Translations under genes and position numbers: made by a program
Notes under the pieces: generated by a model
The model's input: only the letters and a program-made list of their open reading frames with translations
Database searches by the model: none
Told to the model about the DNA's origin: nothing
From: an uncultured delta proteobacterium
GTDB lineage: Bacteria > Myxococcota > Myxococcia > Myxococcales > Myxococcaceae
Reading direction: 5' to 3'
NCBI GenBank assembly: GCA_963713045.1
Contig: CAVQKE010000004.1
Location: 256,001-320,000, forward strand
Length of the DNA stretch: 64,000 nt
Shown: positions 20,608-30,504 of the stretch, in pieces
Numbering within the stretch: the stretch's first letter is position 1
Layout: every line of letters begins with the position of its first letter

Positions 20608-21632
20608 CGAAGGCCCCCTTGGCGGGTGAGCGCCACCAACCCCGCCAGGCGCTCCCGTGCAGCACCGGAGTCAATGGACTGGGCCGCCTGGAGGACGCCC
20701 TCGGCCAGCGAGTCGGCGGCCCCGGCCACCCAAAGGGCGGCCCCCGCGTTGAGAAGCACCGCTTGCCGCAGAGGGCCAGGCGCGCCGCCCAGCAGGTGGG
20801 CCAGCTGCTTCGCATTCTCCTCCGGCTCCCCGCCTCGCAAGGCCTCAGGGGAAATGCGCTCGAGGCCGGCGTCTTCTGGGGTGAGGGTGAGCTCTCGCAC
20901 CGTTCCATCCTGCACCCAGGCGGCGCGCGTCGCCGCGCAAGGAGACACTTCGTCCAGCCCGTCCTCGCCATGCACCACCAGAGCGCGCTCAGTGCCGAGG
21001 TGGCACAGCGTCCAGGCCACCACCGGCACCAGTCCGGGAGCATAGACGCCCAACAACTGCCGCGAGGCTCGCGCCGGGTTGGCCAAGGGCCCCAACAGGT
21101 TGAAAACGCTTCGAATCCCAACCTCGCGGCGTGCCGCCGCCACGTGGCGCATCGCCCGGTGAAGCAGCGGGGCAAAGAGAAACCCAATCTGCAGCTCCGC
21201 CAGGCAGCGCTCCACCACCGGCACCGGCGCCTCCACGTCAACACCGGAAGCGGCCAGCACGTCGGCGCTTCCGCTGCGGGAAGACACGCTGCGGTTGCCG
21301 TGCTTGGCCACCGTCACTTGGCCGGTGCCGGCGGCCACCAGCGCGGCCGCGGTGGAGAGGTTGAAGGTGCCGGCCCCATCCCCCCCGGTGCCACAGGTGT
21401 CCAGTACCAGGCGGTTCGGGGGAACGCGCACCGGCGTCGCCCGGCGGCGCATGACGGCCGCCGCTGCCGCAATCTCCTCCGGCGTCTCCCCCTTCATCCG
21501 AAAGGCAACCAGGAAGGCGCCGAGGATGGCGGGGGTGGCCTCCCCGGCAAAAATACTCTCGAAGGAGGCTTCCACTTCCGCCGGGGAGAGATTGCGTCGC
21601 TCCACCAGTTTTTCGATGGCCTGCTTCAGCAC
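20604..21632 (-). CDS. trpD: Anthranilate phosphoribosyltransferase
   Basis: Motifs DTCGTGGDG, FNLST, KHGNRSVSSRSGSAD, FNLLGPLANP and HGEDGLDE. GTG start 21632 overlaps the end of trpG. Confidence 0.97.
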   Translation of the reverse strand: MLKQAIEKLVERRNLSPAEVEASFESIFAGEATPAILGAFLVAFRMKGETPEEIAAAAAVMRRRATPVRVPPNRLVLDTCGTGGDGAGTFNLSTAAALVAAGTGQVTVAKHGNRSVSSRSGSADVLAASGVDVEAPVPVVERCLAELQIGFLFAPLLHRAMRHVAAARREVGIRSVFNLLGPLANPARASRQLLGVYAPGLVPVVAWTLCHLGTERALVVHGEDGLDEVSPCAATRAAWVQDGTVRELTLTPEDAGLERISPEALRGGEPEENAKQLAHLLGGAPGPLRQAVLLNAGAALWVAGAADSLAEGVLQAAQSIDSGAARERLAGLVALTRQGGLR

Positions 21633-22201
21633 AGGCGCCCCTCCAGAAAATTCTTCAGAAGTCGTGGCCCCTCGGGGGTGAGGATGGATTCCGGATGGAA
21701 TTGCACGCCCACCGTGGGGTGGCGGCGGTGGCGGAGCGCCATCACTTCGCCGTCGTCCACCGCGAAGGCGGTCGCCTCGAGGTCTGCCGGCAGGCTGAGT
21801 GCGTCCACCACCAGCGAGTGGTAGCGGCCCACCACCACGTCGGCCCCGAGGCCACTGAAGAGACCCGTTCCCCGGTGACGGAGGACCGAGGTTTTTCCGT
21901 GCATCACGCTCCGCGCCCGCCGCACCGTCCCCCCGAAAGCGTGGGCAATGGACTGGTGACCGAGGCACACGCCGAGGATGGGAATGCTGCCGGAGAGGCT
22001 CTGCACCAGCGGCACCGAGATGCCTGCCTCCTTGGGGGTACAGGGCCCGGGACTGAGCACCACCGCCTGGGGGGCGCGTGCGCGGACCCCAGCCACGTCG
22101 ATGGCGTCGTTTCGGTGGACTTCCAGCTGTGCGCCCAACTCCGCGAAGGCCTGCACCAGGTTGAAGGTGAAAGAGTCGTAGTTGTCGATGACCAGAATCA
22201 A
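21626..22201 (-). CDS. trpG: Anthranilate synthase component II (glutamine amidotransferase)
   Basis: Motifs IDNYDSFT, SPGPCTP, GVCLGHQ, RYHSL and QFHPES. Confidence 0.96.
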   Translation of the reverse strand: MILVIDNYDSFTFNLVQAFAELGAQLEVHRNDAIDVAGVRARAPQAVVLSPGPCTPKEAGISVPLVQSLSGSIPILGVCLGHQSIAHAFGGTVRRARSVMHGKTSVLRHRGTGLFSGLGADVVVGRYHSLVVDALSLPADLEATAFAVDDGEVMALRHRRHPTVGVQFHPESILTPEGPRLLKNFLEGRLC

Positions 22202-23658
22202 CCCTCGCCTCCGTCGGCTTGAAGCGCGACGAGCGCGGCGCGCAGCTTGTAGACCGTTTCCTCGTACTCCGCCGCGGGCTGGCTGTCGTAGACGATGCCC
22301 GCGCCGGCTTGAAGTCGCAGGGTCGAGCCGCTCAGCGCCACGCTGCGGATGGCGATGGCCAGGTCCATGTCGCCGTCGAAGCCCACGTAGCCAGCGGCTC
22401 CCGCGTAGGGCCCGCGGCTACAGGGCTCGAGCTCGTCAATAATTTGCAGGGCCCGGACTTTCTGTGCCCCGCTCACCGTGCCCGCCGGAAAAGACGCGGC
22501 CAGCACGTCGAACGCGTCCTTGCCTTCGAGGAGCCGTCCGGACACCTGCGATACCAGGTGCATCACGTGGCTGTACCGTTCCACGATTTCTCGCTCTTCG
22601 ACGCGCACCGTGCCCGGGCGACTAACCCGTCCAACGTCGTTTCGCCCCAAGTCGACCAACATGATGTGCTCGGCCCTCTCCTTGGGGTCGGCCCGCAGCT
22701 CGACTTCGAGCTGGTTGTCGGCGTCGAGGGTCGCCCCGCGCGGCCGCGTGCCGGCGATGGGGCGTACCGTCACCGTCTCTGCCTGCAGCCGCACCAGCAG
22801 CTCCGGCGAAGCCCCAGCCAAAGCCCGCTCCGCGAATTGAAGGAAGAAGAGGTAGGGCGTCGGGGAAACGGTGCGCAGTGCCCGGTAGAGTTGAAACGGC
22901 GGCCCTCGGTAGTCGGCGGTCAACCGTCGCGACAGCACCACCTGCATGCAGTCTCCGGCGGCAATGTATTCTCGGGCACGCGCCACTGCGGCTTCGAAGT
23001 CCGCGCGGCCCCAGCCATCCTCGAGTTGGCCCAACGCTGAAAAACTGGCCTGCCGCGGCAGCGGCTGCTGCAGGGCTTCCGCCAGGATGTCCGCCTCTTG
23101 CACCGCGGCCCGGTAGGCTGCCTCGACGGTGGGGAAGGCCGGCACCTGGACCGAGGCCCAGACCCGGAGGCGGTGCGCGAGATTGTCGAACACCACCACC
23201 CGTTGGCACAGCATCCATTCGCCGTCTGGGAAGAGGGGGTCCGGCCCATGGCGCTGCGGGACGTGGGGCTCGAACCAGCGCACCGCGCCAGAACCGAGGT
23301 AGCCGACCAGGCCGCCCACGAAGGGCGGTGCCCCTTCGGGACGGGCGAAGCGCGACCGGCCAAGCAGTCGGCGCAGTGCCTCCAATGGGCGGTCCTCCTC
23401 GGTGGCGGTTGTCCGTCCGGCTTCCTCGACTGTCACCCGGGAGCCTGACTGGCGGACGAGCGCCACCGGAGAGTCTCCGAGGAAGGAGAAGCGACCCCAG
23501 CGTTCGACCCCTTGCAGCGACTCCAACAAGAAGGAGTGCTTCGGGTGAGGAAGTTTGAGGAAGGCCGAGACGGGCGTCTCGGTGTCTGCAGGCAAGTCCC
23601 GCCACACCGGAACCAAGTCTCCCCGCCTCGCCAGTCGCTCAAAGCTGGCCAAACTCAT
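22198..23658 (-). CDS. trpE: Anthranilate synthase component I
   Basis: Motifs DTETPVSAF, FLLES, PIAGTRPRG, EHIMLVDLGRND, ERYSHVMH, FPAGTVSGA and QAGAGIVYDS. Confidence 0.95.
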   Translation of the reverse strand: MSLASFERLARRGDLVPVWRDLPADTETPVSAFLKLPHPKHSFLLESLQGVERWGRFSFLGDSPVALVRQSGSRVTVEEAGRTTATEEDRPLEALRRLLGRSRFARPEGAPPFVGGLVGYLGSGAVRWFEPHVPQRHGPDPLFPDGEWMLCQRVVVFDNLAHRLRVWASVQVPAFPTVEAAYRAAVQEADILAEALQQPLPRQASFSALGQLEDGWGRADFEAAVARAREYIAAGDCMQVVLSRRLTADYRGPPFQLYRALRTVSPTPYLFFLQFAERALAGASPELLVRLQAETVTVRPIAGTRPRGATLDADNQLEVELRADPKERAEHIMLVDLGRNDVGRVSRPGTVRVEEREIVERYSHVMHLVSQVSGRLLEGKDAFDVLAASFPAGTVSGAQKVRALQIIDELEPCSRGPYAGAAGYVGFDGDMDLAIAIRSVALSGSTLRLQAGAGIVYDSQPAAEYEETVYKLRAALVALQADGGEG

Positions 23659-23880
23659 CCGGAGGTCGCTGAGCGAGGGCACGGCGGGGGAAGCTTTAAC
23701 AGCAGCGGCTCGGGTTTCCGAGGGGAGGACCCGTTTGTTGCTGGGCTTTGACGACCAGGCGGCCGTCCCTCGGAGGCGGGTGCGCCCTCGGAAAGGGACC
23801 GCGGCCCCGCCGGTGCGCAGTCCGACGAAACCGGAGTAGGGTGCCTTCCGGTGACGGGGGAGCAAGCCCCAGCCGCGGCG

Positions 23881-25005
23881 ATGATTATCCTCTTAGAACC
23901 GGACAGCAGCGAAGAAGTCCTCGCGGCAGTCGTCAAGCACGCCGCGAACTACCCCGGGATTCAAACGCGCAGGCACGTCATCCGCGGCTCGGAGCACACC
24001 GTCTCTGAGGTGTACCTCTTGGGAGACACCAAAAGCATTCCACTGGAGGGCTTCGAGCAAATTCCTGGGGTCCGCCGGGTGGTCCGAGTTGCGGCGAAGT
24101 ACCGCATCATCGGCCGCCACGGAGTGGCAGCGGACTCGGTTGGCTTTGAATACAACGGCATCCGTTTTGACGAGCGGCAAGTCCACCTGTTTGCCGGGTT
24201 GTGCGCGGTGGACACCTTGCAGAACGTCGAGACCACGTCCCGCGCGTTGCACGCGGCGGGGATTCGCACCACCCGGATGGGGGTCTACAAGCCCCGCACC
24301 AGCCCCTACGACTTTCAGGGACTCGGCGCCCCCTGCCTTCCGTGGGTCTTTGAAATTGCCGGAAAATTCGGCATCCGCGTCATCGCCATGGAGGTCACCG
24401 ACCCGCGCCATCTGGACGAGATTGTTCGGGCGCTGGAAGAGGCTGGCCGACCGACCGGCGTCATGCTGCAGGTGGGAACGCGCAACGCGCAGAACTTCGA
24501 GCTGCTCAAACGGCTCGGACAGCAGCAGGAGTTTCCGGTGCTTTACAAACGGGGCATGGGCATCAGCCTCGAGGAGTCGCTCAACGCCTGTGAATACATC
24601 GCCAGCGAGGGCAACCCGCGGATTGTCTTCTGTTTGCGCGGGGTGAAGACGCACCTCGGCGACCCGCACCGCAACCTGGTGGACTTTGCCCATGTCCCGG
24701 TGGTCCGTCGCCTGACGCGCCTCCCGGTGTGTGTGGACCCGTCCCATGCGACCGGCCGGCTCGACCTGGACCCGGAGGGCATCCCGGAGATTTTTCACGC
24801 CATCGGCCAAGGCGTCATCGGTGGTGCGGCCATGGTGCTGGTCGACTTTCACCCCGACCCCAAGACGGCCCTCTGTGATGGGCCTCAGGCACTGACGTTG
24901 GAGCAACTTCCCGTCCTGGCGGCCTACACCGGACGGGTGCGTGCAGCCTACGAGGAAGCCCGTCAGCTCTTCGTCGCGCCAGCGCGAGAAGCTCGCTCCG
25001 CCTAG
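23881..25005 (+). CDS. 3-deoxy-7-phosphoheptulonate (DAHP) synthase, type I-beta with N-terminal regulatory extension
   Basis: Motifs YKPRTSPYDFQGLG, QVGTRNAQNF, VLYKRG and VDPSHATG, plus DGPQAL. About 75 aa N-terminal domain. Confidence 0.92.
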   Translation: MIILLEPDSSEEVLAAVVKHAANYPGIQTRRHVIRGSEHTVSEVYLLGDTKSIPLEGFEQIPGVRRVVRVAAKYRIIGRHGVAADSVGFEYNGIRFDERQVHLFAGLCAVDTLQNVETTSRALHAAGIRTTRMGVYKPRTSPYDFQGLGAPCLPWVFEIAGKFGIRVIAMEVTDPRHLDEIVRALEEAGRPTGVMLQVGTRNAQNFELLKRLGQQQEFPVLYKRGMGISLEESLNACEYIASEGNPRIVFCLRGVKTHLGDPHRNLVDFAHVPVVRRLTRLPVCVDPSHATGRLDLDPEGIPEIFHAIGQGVIGGAAMVLVDFHPDPKTALCDGPQALTLEQLPVLAAYTGRVRAAYEEARQLFVAPAREARSA

Positions 25006-25023
25006 CCCTGCTGCCGGCCGCGC

Positions 25024-25341
25024 TCAGCGGTGCTTGTCGAGGTCGGCCAGGGGGATGTCGGGGTTGAGGAAGTGGGTGAACTTTTCGGTCAAATACTTCT
25101 TGGCCTGACCGCGAAAGAGCATTCCCGGGTCCGAGGCCTCTCCCCCCACCTGCGTGTCGGTGACCCGCAGCGTGGCGACGAGGTGCATCCCCAAGACCCT
25201 TCCATTGAGTTGAGCCTCGTCGCCATTCCACGTTGACTGGATGCCGTGGTGACTCCAGGCCTCGGTCAGCTTCTGGATGCGCGCCCGGGCCTCGGCCCGC
25301 GGCAGCGCGTGGGATACGTGGAACTCCAACGTCTTTGCCAT
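25024..25341 (-). CDS. Polyhydroxyalkanoic-acid-system (PHA granule region) family small protein
   Basis: MAKTLEFHVSHALPRAEARARI...W..GI...W.GD pattern. Purine-rich ribosome-binding site. Confidence 0.7.
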   Translation of the reverse strand: MAKTLEFHVSHALPRAEARARIQKLTEAWSHHGIQSTWNGDEAQLNGRVLGMHLVATLRVTDTQVGGEASDPGMLFRGQAKKYLTEKFTHFLNPDIPLADLDKHR

Positions 25342-25584
25342 CCTTCCCCCTTCTCCCTGTGTCGCTAGGTTACGCCCGAAGCCGCGTGCGCGGCAGCGGC
25401 AAATGAACAGCCCTCGCCCAGCGCTGCCGGTCCGGCCCGAGGTCCACGCCGTGGTTTCATCCGGCTGGACGTTGCCAACGCGGCCCGCGCGGGGAAAGGG
25501 CGGTGGTTCCGACGGGGGTGACCGGTGTGGGGTCCGGTCGGCAGGCGGCGCGCGCTGGGCCCCCCAGGCCGGCCGGGGCCGTGA

Positions 25585-26595
<1,011 letters not shown>

Positions 26596-26679
26596 AGGCC
26601 TTCCAGCGCGGCCATCCCTCTGGCGTTCGCCTTGCAGTCCTGCCGCCGGTGGCGGACACTCACCACCCCCTAGGTTCCG

Positions 26680-27066
26680 ATGAAAAAGCGGCCGCGCCGC
26701 AAGACTGCGAAACCCCCCTCAGCTCAGCCTCGAAACGCTCCCCCGGAGCCATCGTTGCTGCACTACAAGGTGGTGGAGCTGTCGACGGTGGACGAGGCAA
26801 CTCTGGAACAAGCCGTCAACGGCTGGGTGCAGCAGGGGTGGACGGTGGAGTCGGTGCACTTCGCGATGCGCGAATCCAGTAAGCGGCCGGCGATGGCCTT
26901 CGTCTTCTTTACCCGCGCTCGCCACGCCGCGCCTCTCGATGGGGCAGCAGCACAGGCCCGGTTGCACCGGTTGGCCGGGGGCGGGGCGGTGCCTTCCGCT
27001 GGCAGCTCCGAGGCGGCCTGGGACCGGCTTGCCCAGCTGGCTGCCTCCGGTGAGCCTGAGACATGA
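26680..27066 (+). CDS. DUF4177-like small protein
   Basis: YKVVELSTVDEATLE...GWTVESVHF...AFVFF pattern. Confidence 0.65.
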   Translation: MKKRPRRKTAKPPSAQPRNAPPEPSLLHYKVVELSTVDEATLEQAVNGWVQQGWTVESVHFAMRESSKRPAMAFVFFTRARHAAPLDGAAAQARLHRLAGGGAVPSAGSSEAAWDRLAQLAASGEPET

Positions 27067-27677
27067 GCACCTGGGGCGCCAAGCCAGAAGGCCGGCGGCT
27101 GCAGCTTGTGCCGACCGAGGGTTCGCCGGAGTCGCCCTACCCACGTTGCTCGCGCGTGCTAAGGGCGTTTGCCCGGGCGGCGGACCTGGGGGTGACGTAT
27201 GCGCTGACGCTGGCCGCCGGGCGGGCGGGGCTGGTGGTGGGGCTGCTCTACCTGCTGTTGGCCGACGGCCTCTTTCACGGCCAGAGCCCGGGGAAACGCA
27301 TCTTCGGCGTCCGCGCCGTCTTTCTCCCGCTGCGCACCGGCGCACGCTTCCGTGACAGCACCCTGCGCAACGCACCGCTGGCGCTGGTGCTGCTGCTGCG
27401 GATGATGCCCGAGCCACTCGGGCTGAGAGCCTTCCTCGGGGGTTTGGTGGTCATCGGCGGCGTCGAGGCCTGGAAGTCCCTTTGGGACCCGCTCGGGCGG
27501 CGCTTCGGCGACGTGTGGGCCCAAACCCAGGTGGTGGACGGCAAAGTCGCCTCTGGAACCGCGGACGAGGCGGCGCCGTCGAGCGTGGCCGTCGGCCCCG
27601 GGCGTTGGATGAGCAGGACCGGGGAGGGACGCACCACGCGTTTCCGGAGGAGGCAACCCGCTTGCGCATCGCGCTGA
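27063..27677 (+). CDS. RDD family membrane protein
   Basis: LRAFARAAD, GQSPGKRIFG, LRN and GRRFGDVWAQTQVV. Confidence 0.85.
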   Translation: MSTWGAKPEGRRLQLVPTEGSPESPYPRCSRVLRAFARAADLGVTYALTLAAGRAGLVVGLLYLLLADGLFHGQSPGKRIFGVRAVFLPLRTGARFRDSTLRNAPLALVLLLRMMPEPLGLRAFLGGLVVIGGVEAWKSLWDPLGRRFGDVWAQTQVVDGKVASGTADEAAPSSVAVGPGRWMSRTGEGRTTRFRRRQPACASR

Positions 27678-29794
27678 CGTACAACTTGCGACTGTCGGAC
27701 TCCGAAGAGGAGGCTGAGTTCGACAGCGTCGAGACGGTGAATACCCTGGCCAACGCCATCGAGCGGCTTGGTCACCGTCTGGAGCGGGTCGAAGTCTCTG
27801 GGCCCGCCTCGCGCATTGTCGCCCGGTTGGAGGCCTACAGCCCCGACCTCATCTTCAACACCGCCGAAGGCCGGCGGGGCCGCTTTCGCGAGGCCTTCTA
27901 CCCGGCGCTGTTTGATGAGTTGGGCATCCCCTACACCGGTTCGGACGCCTACGCCCTGGCAGTCACCCTGGACAAGCAGCTCACCAAACTCATGCTCCGT
28001 GAGCACGGCGTACGGACGCCGGGGTGGCAGTACGTCGAGCATCCGGAGGAGCTCAACCCCCGGGCGCTCCGCTTTCCGGTCATCGTCAAGCCCAACTTCG
28101 AAGGCTCCTCCAAGGGCATTACCCAAGACTCGGTGGCCGAAACCGTCGAAGCCCTCGAGCGCAAGTGCGCCTTTGCCCTGGAGCGCTACCCGGCGGGCGT
28201 TCTGGTGGAGGAGTACATCGTCGGCCGGGACATCACCGTGCCGTACCTGGCCGCGGTTCAAAACGACTTCGGCGGAGTGCTGTCGCCGGTGGAGTACCTC
28301 ATCGACCCGAAGCTGGCGGGCGAGCGCAAGTACGACATCTACGACTACGCGCTGAAGACGACTCACACCCAAGCGGTGACGGTGCGGGCGCCGGCGCAGC
28401 TGAGTGCCGCCATGAGTGATGAGTTGCGGGAGACGGCCCGCAAGATTTTTCGGGTCTGCGACTGCCACGACCTGGGCCGCCTTGACTTCCGGGTGAGCGA
28501 TGCGGGGGTGCCGCACTTTCTGGAAATCAACGCCCTCCCCAGCCTCGAACCGGGGGCCGGCATTTATGTGGCCGCCGAGCTGGAGGGGCTGCATCTGGAC
28601 CGCGTCATCGACTCCATCATCGAGAGCGCGGCCAAGCGCAATGGAATTAAGGACAGCCCACGGCGGCAGGGAAAGCCCACCCGGAAGTCCGGGCCGCTGC
28701 GCGTTGGTTTCGCCTACAACGTGAAGCGCATCAAACCCACCGCCGACGCCCAACAGGACAGCGAGGCCGAGTACGACGCGCCGAGTACGCTGCAGGCCAT
28801 TCGCGAGGCCATCGCCTCCTACGGCCACGAGGTGATTGACCTCGAGGCCAACCAGGAGCTGCCCACCGTCCTGGCGGTGACGCCCATCGACTTGGTCTTC
28901 AACATTGCCGAGGGCTTCAAGGGACGCAACCGCGAGAGTCAAGTCCCCGCGCTGCTCGAGCTGCTCGACATTCCGTACACCGGCTCGGATCCAGCCACGC
29001 TGTCCATCGCCTTGGACAAGGCCCTGGCCAAGCGCATTGTCCGGCAACACAACATCCACACTCCCAATTTTCAGCTGATGGTGACCGGTAAGGAGCGTCT
29101 CAGTCGGGAATTTGGGCGTTTCCCGCTGCTGGCCAAACCGGTGGCCGAGGGCTCGAGCAAGGGGGTGGTGTCGAGCAGCGTCTGTCACAGCGAGTTGGAG
29201 CTGCGGGAGGTGGTGCGCGACATCGCCGGCAAGTACCAGCAGCCGGTGCTGGTGGAGGAGTACATCTCCGGGCGGGAATTCACCGTCGGACTCCTCGGAG
29301 AGCGACGTCCGAAAGTGCTTCCGCCGATGGAGATTGTGTTTCTCGACGAGACTGAGAAGACGCCGGTGTACAGCTTCCAGCACAAGCTCGACTGGAACGA
29401 CCGCATCCGCTACGACGTCCCGGCGCGATTGGAGCCCAACCTGCTCGAGAAGCTGCGGACCGCGGCGCGGGCCGCCTTCATGGCGCTCGGCTGCCGCGAC
29501 GTCGCCCGCATCGACTTCCGGATGGACGAGAAGGGAAGGGTGTACTTCATCGAGTGCAACCCGCTTCCCGGCCTCACGCCGGGCTGGAGCGACCTGGTCC
29601 TCATCGCCCAGGGCGCGGGAATGGACTACCGGACCCTGATTGGCGAAATTCTGTCCGGGGCCATCCGCCGCTACAAAGAGCGTGAGCAGCGCAAGGCGGC
29701 AGACCGAGAGGGGCCGGCTGTCTCCAACGGCAACGGCCACGGCAGCCCCTCCACGGTGGAGCTGAGCGCAGAGGCCCGGGAAGGAAAGGGCTAG
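27662..29794 (+). CDS. Tandem-duplicated D-Ala-D-Ala ligase-family ATP-grasp protein
   Basis: Two complete repeats of [LR]xxxxYN...EAE[FY]D...FN[TI]AEG...PYTGSD...LDK.L.K...KP..EGSSKG...LVEEYI.GR...R.DFR...F.E.N.LP. TTG start at 27662 with GGAGG upstream. Confidence 0.88.
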   Translation: MRIALTYNLRLSDSEEEAEFDSVETVNTLANAIERLGHRLERVEVSGPASRIVARLEAYSPDLIFNTAEGRRGRFREAFYPALFDELGIPYTGSDAYALAVTLDKQLTKLMLREHGVRTPGWQYVEHPEELNPRALRFPVIVKPNFEGSSKGITQDSVAETVEALERKCAFALERYPAGVLVEEYIVGRDITVPYLAAVQNDFGGVLSPVEYLIDPKLAGERKYDIYDYALKTTHTQAVTVRAPAQLSAAMSDELRETARKIFRVCDCHDLGRLDFRVSDAGVPHFLEINALPSLEPGAGIYVAAELEGLHLDRVIDSIIESAAKRNGIKDSPRRQGKPTRKSGPLRVGFAYNVKRIKPTADAQQDSEAEYDAPSTLQAIREAIASYGHEVIDLEANQELPTVLAVTPIDLVFNIAEGFKGRNRESQVPALLELLDIPYTGSDPATLSIALDKALAKRIVRQHNIHTPNFQLMVTGKERLSREFGRFPLLAKPVAEGSSKGVVSSSVCHSELELREVVRDIAGKYQQPVLVEEYISGREFTVGLLGERRPKVLPPMEIVFLDETEKTPVYSFQHKLDWNDRIRYDVPARLEPNLLEKLRTAARAAFMALGCRDVARIDFRMDEKGRVYFIECNPLPGLTPGWSDLVLIAQGAGMDYRTLIGEILSGAIRRYKEREQRKAADREGPAVSNGNGHGSPSTVELSAEAREGKG

Positions 29795-29802
29795 CGTCAC
29801 CC

Positions 29803-30504
29803 ATGCCAGTCGCCCCAAGCCCACGGCGCAGGCCCCCCCGGCGCCACGGGGCGGCGCGGGGCAAGGGCGGCCGCTACCACCACGGCGACTTACGGCGCGC
29901 GCTGCTTGACGCGGCGCTGGCGGTCCTCACCGAGGCCGATGCGCGAGCCCTCACCCTCCGGGAGGTGGCCCGCCGGGCCGGCGTCACCCATGCCGCCCCC
30001 TACCGGCACTTCACCGACAAGGACGCCCTGTTGGCCGCGGTGGCGGAGGAGGGCTTTCGGACGCTGACCGAGGTGATGCGCATCTCGATGAATTCCGCCG
30101 GCCAGGACCCGGTGGAGCGCCTGGAGGCGCTGGCCGTCGGCTACGTCCGCTTTGCGCTGGCGCACCCGGCCCACTTCGAGGTGATGTTTTCTTTGGAGCT
30201 GCCCTGGGAGCAGGAGCGGTATCCGCCCCTGCATGAGGCGGCCGACGCCACCTTCGGGCTGTTGCTGGACTCGGTCCAGACCGCGCAGGCGGCAGGCGAG
30301 CTGCGCGGGGACCAGCCACTGTCCTTTGGCCTGTTGTGCTGGTCGATGGTGCACGGCCTGGCCACGCTGTTGGTGCATGGGAATTTCAAGCACGTGGAGA
30401 AAGCCTTGCCGGCCTCGCCGGAGGAACTCGCCCGGCAGATGGCGAGAGACTTGACGCGCGGCATGCGGACGAGCAGCTACGGTGGTCCCGTGGCCAATGA
30501 ATGA
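29803..30504 (+). CDS. TetR/AcrR family transcriptional regulator (WHG C-terminal type)
   Basis: Motifs YHHGDLRRALL, LTLREVARRAGVTHAAPYRHF and WSMVHGLA. Confidence 0.93.
   Translation: MPVAPSPRRRPPRRHGAARGKGGRYHHGDLRRALLDAALAVLTEADARALTLREVARRAGVTHAAPYRHFTDKDALLAAVAEEGFRTLTEVMRISMNSAGQDPVERLEALAVGYVRFALAHPAHFEVMFSLELPWEQERYPPLHEAADATFGLLLDSVQTAQAAGELRGDQPLSFGLLCWSMVHGLATLLVHGNFKHVEKALPASPEELARQMARDLTRGMRTSSYGGPVANE

Noticed and set aside
23659..23880. Classical trpL leader-peptide attenuator
   Set aside because: There is no short ORF with tandem Trp codons and no U-rich terminator upstream of trpE.
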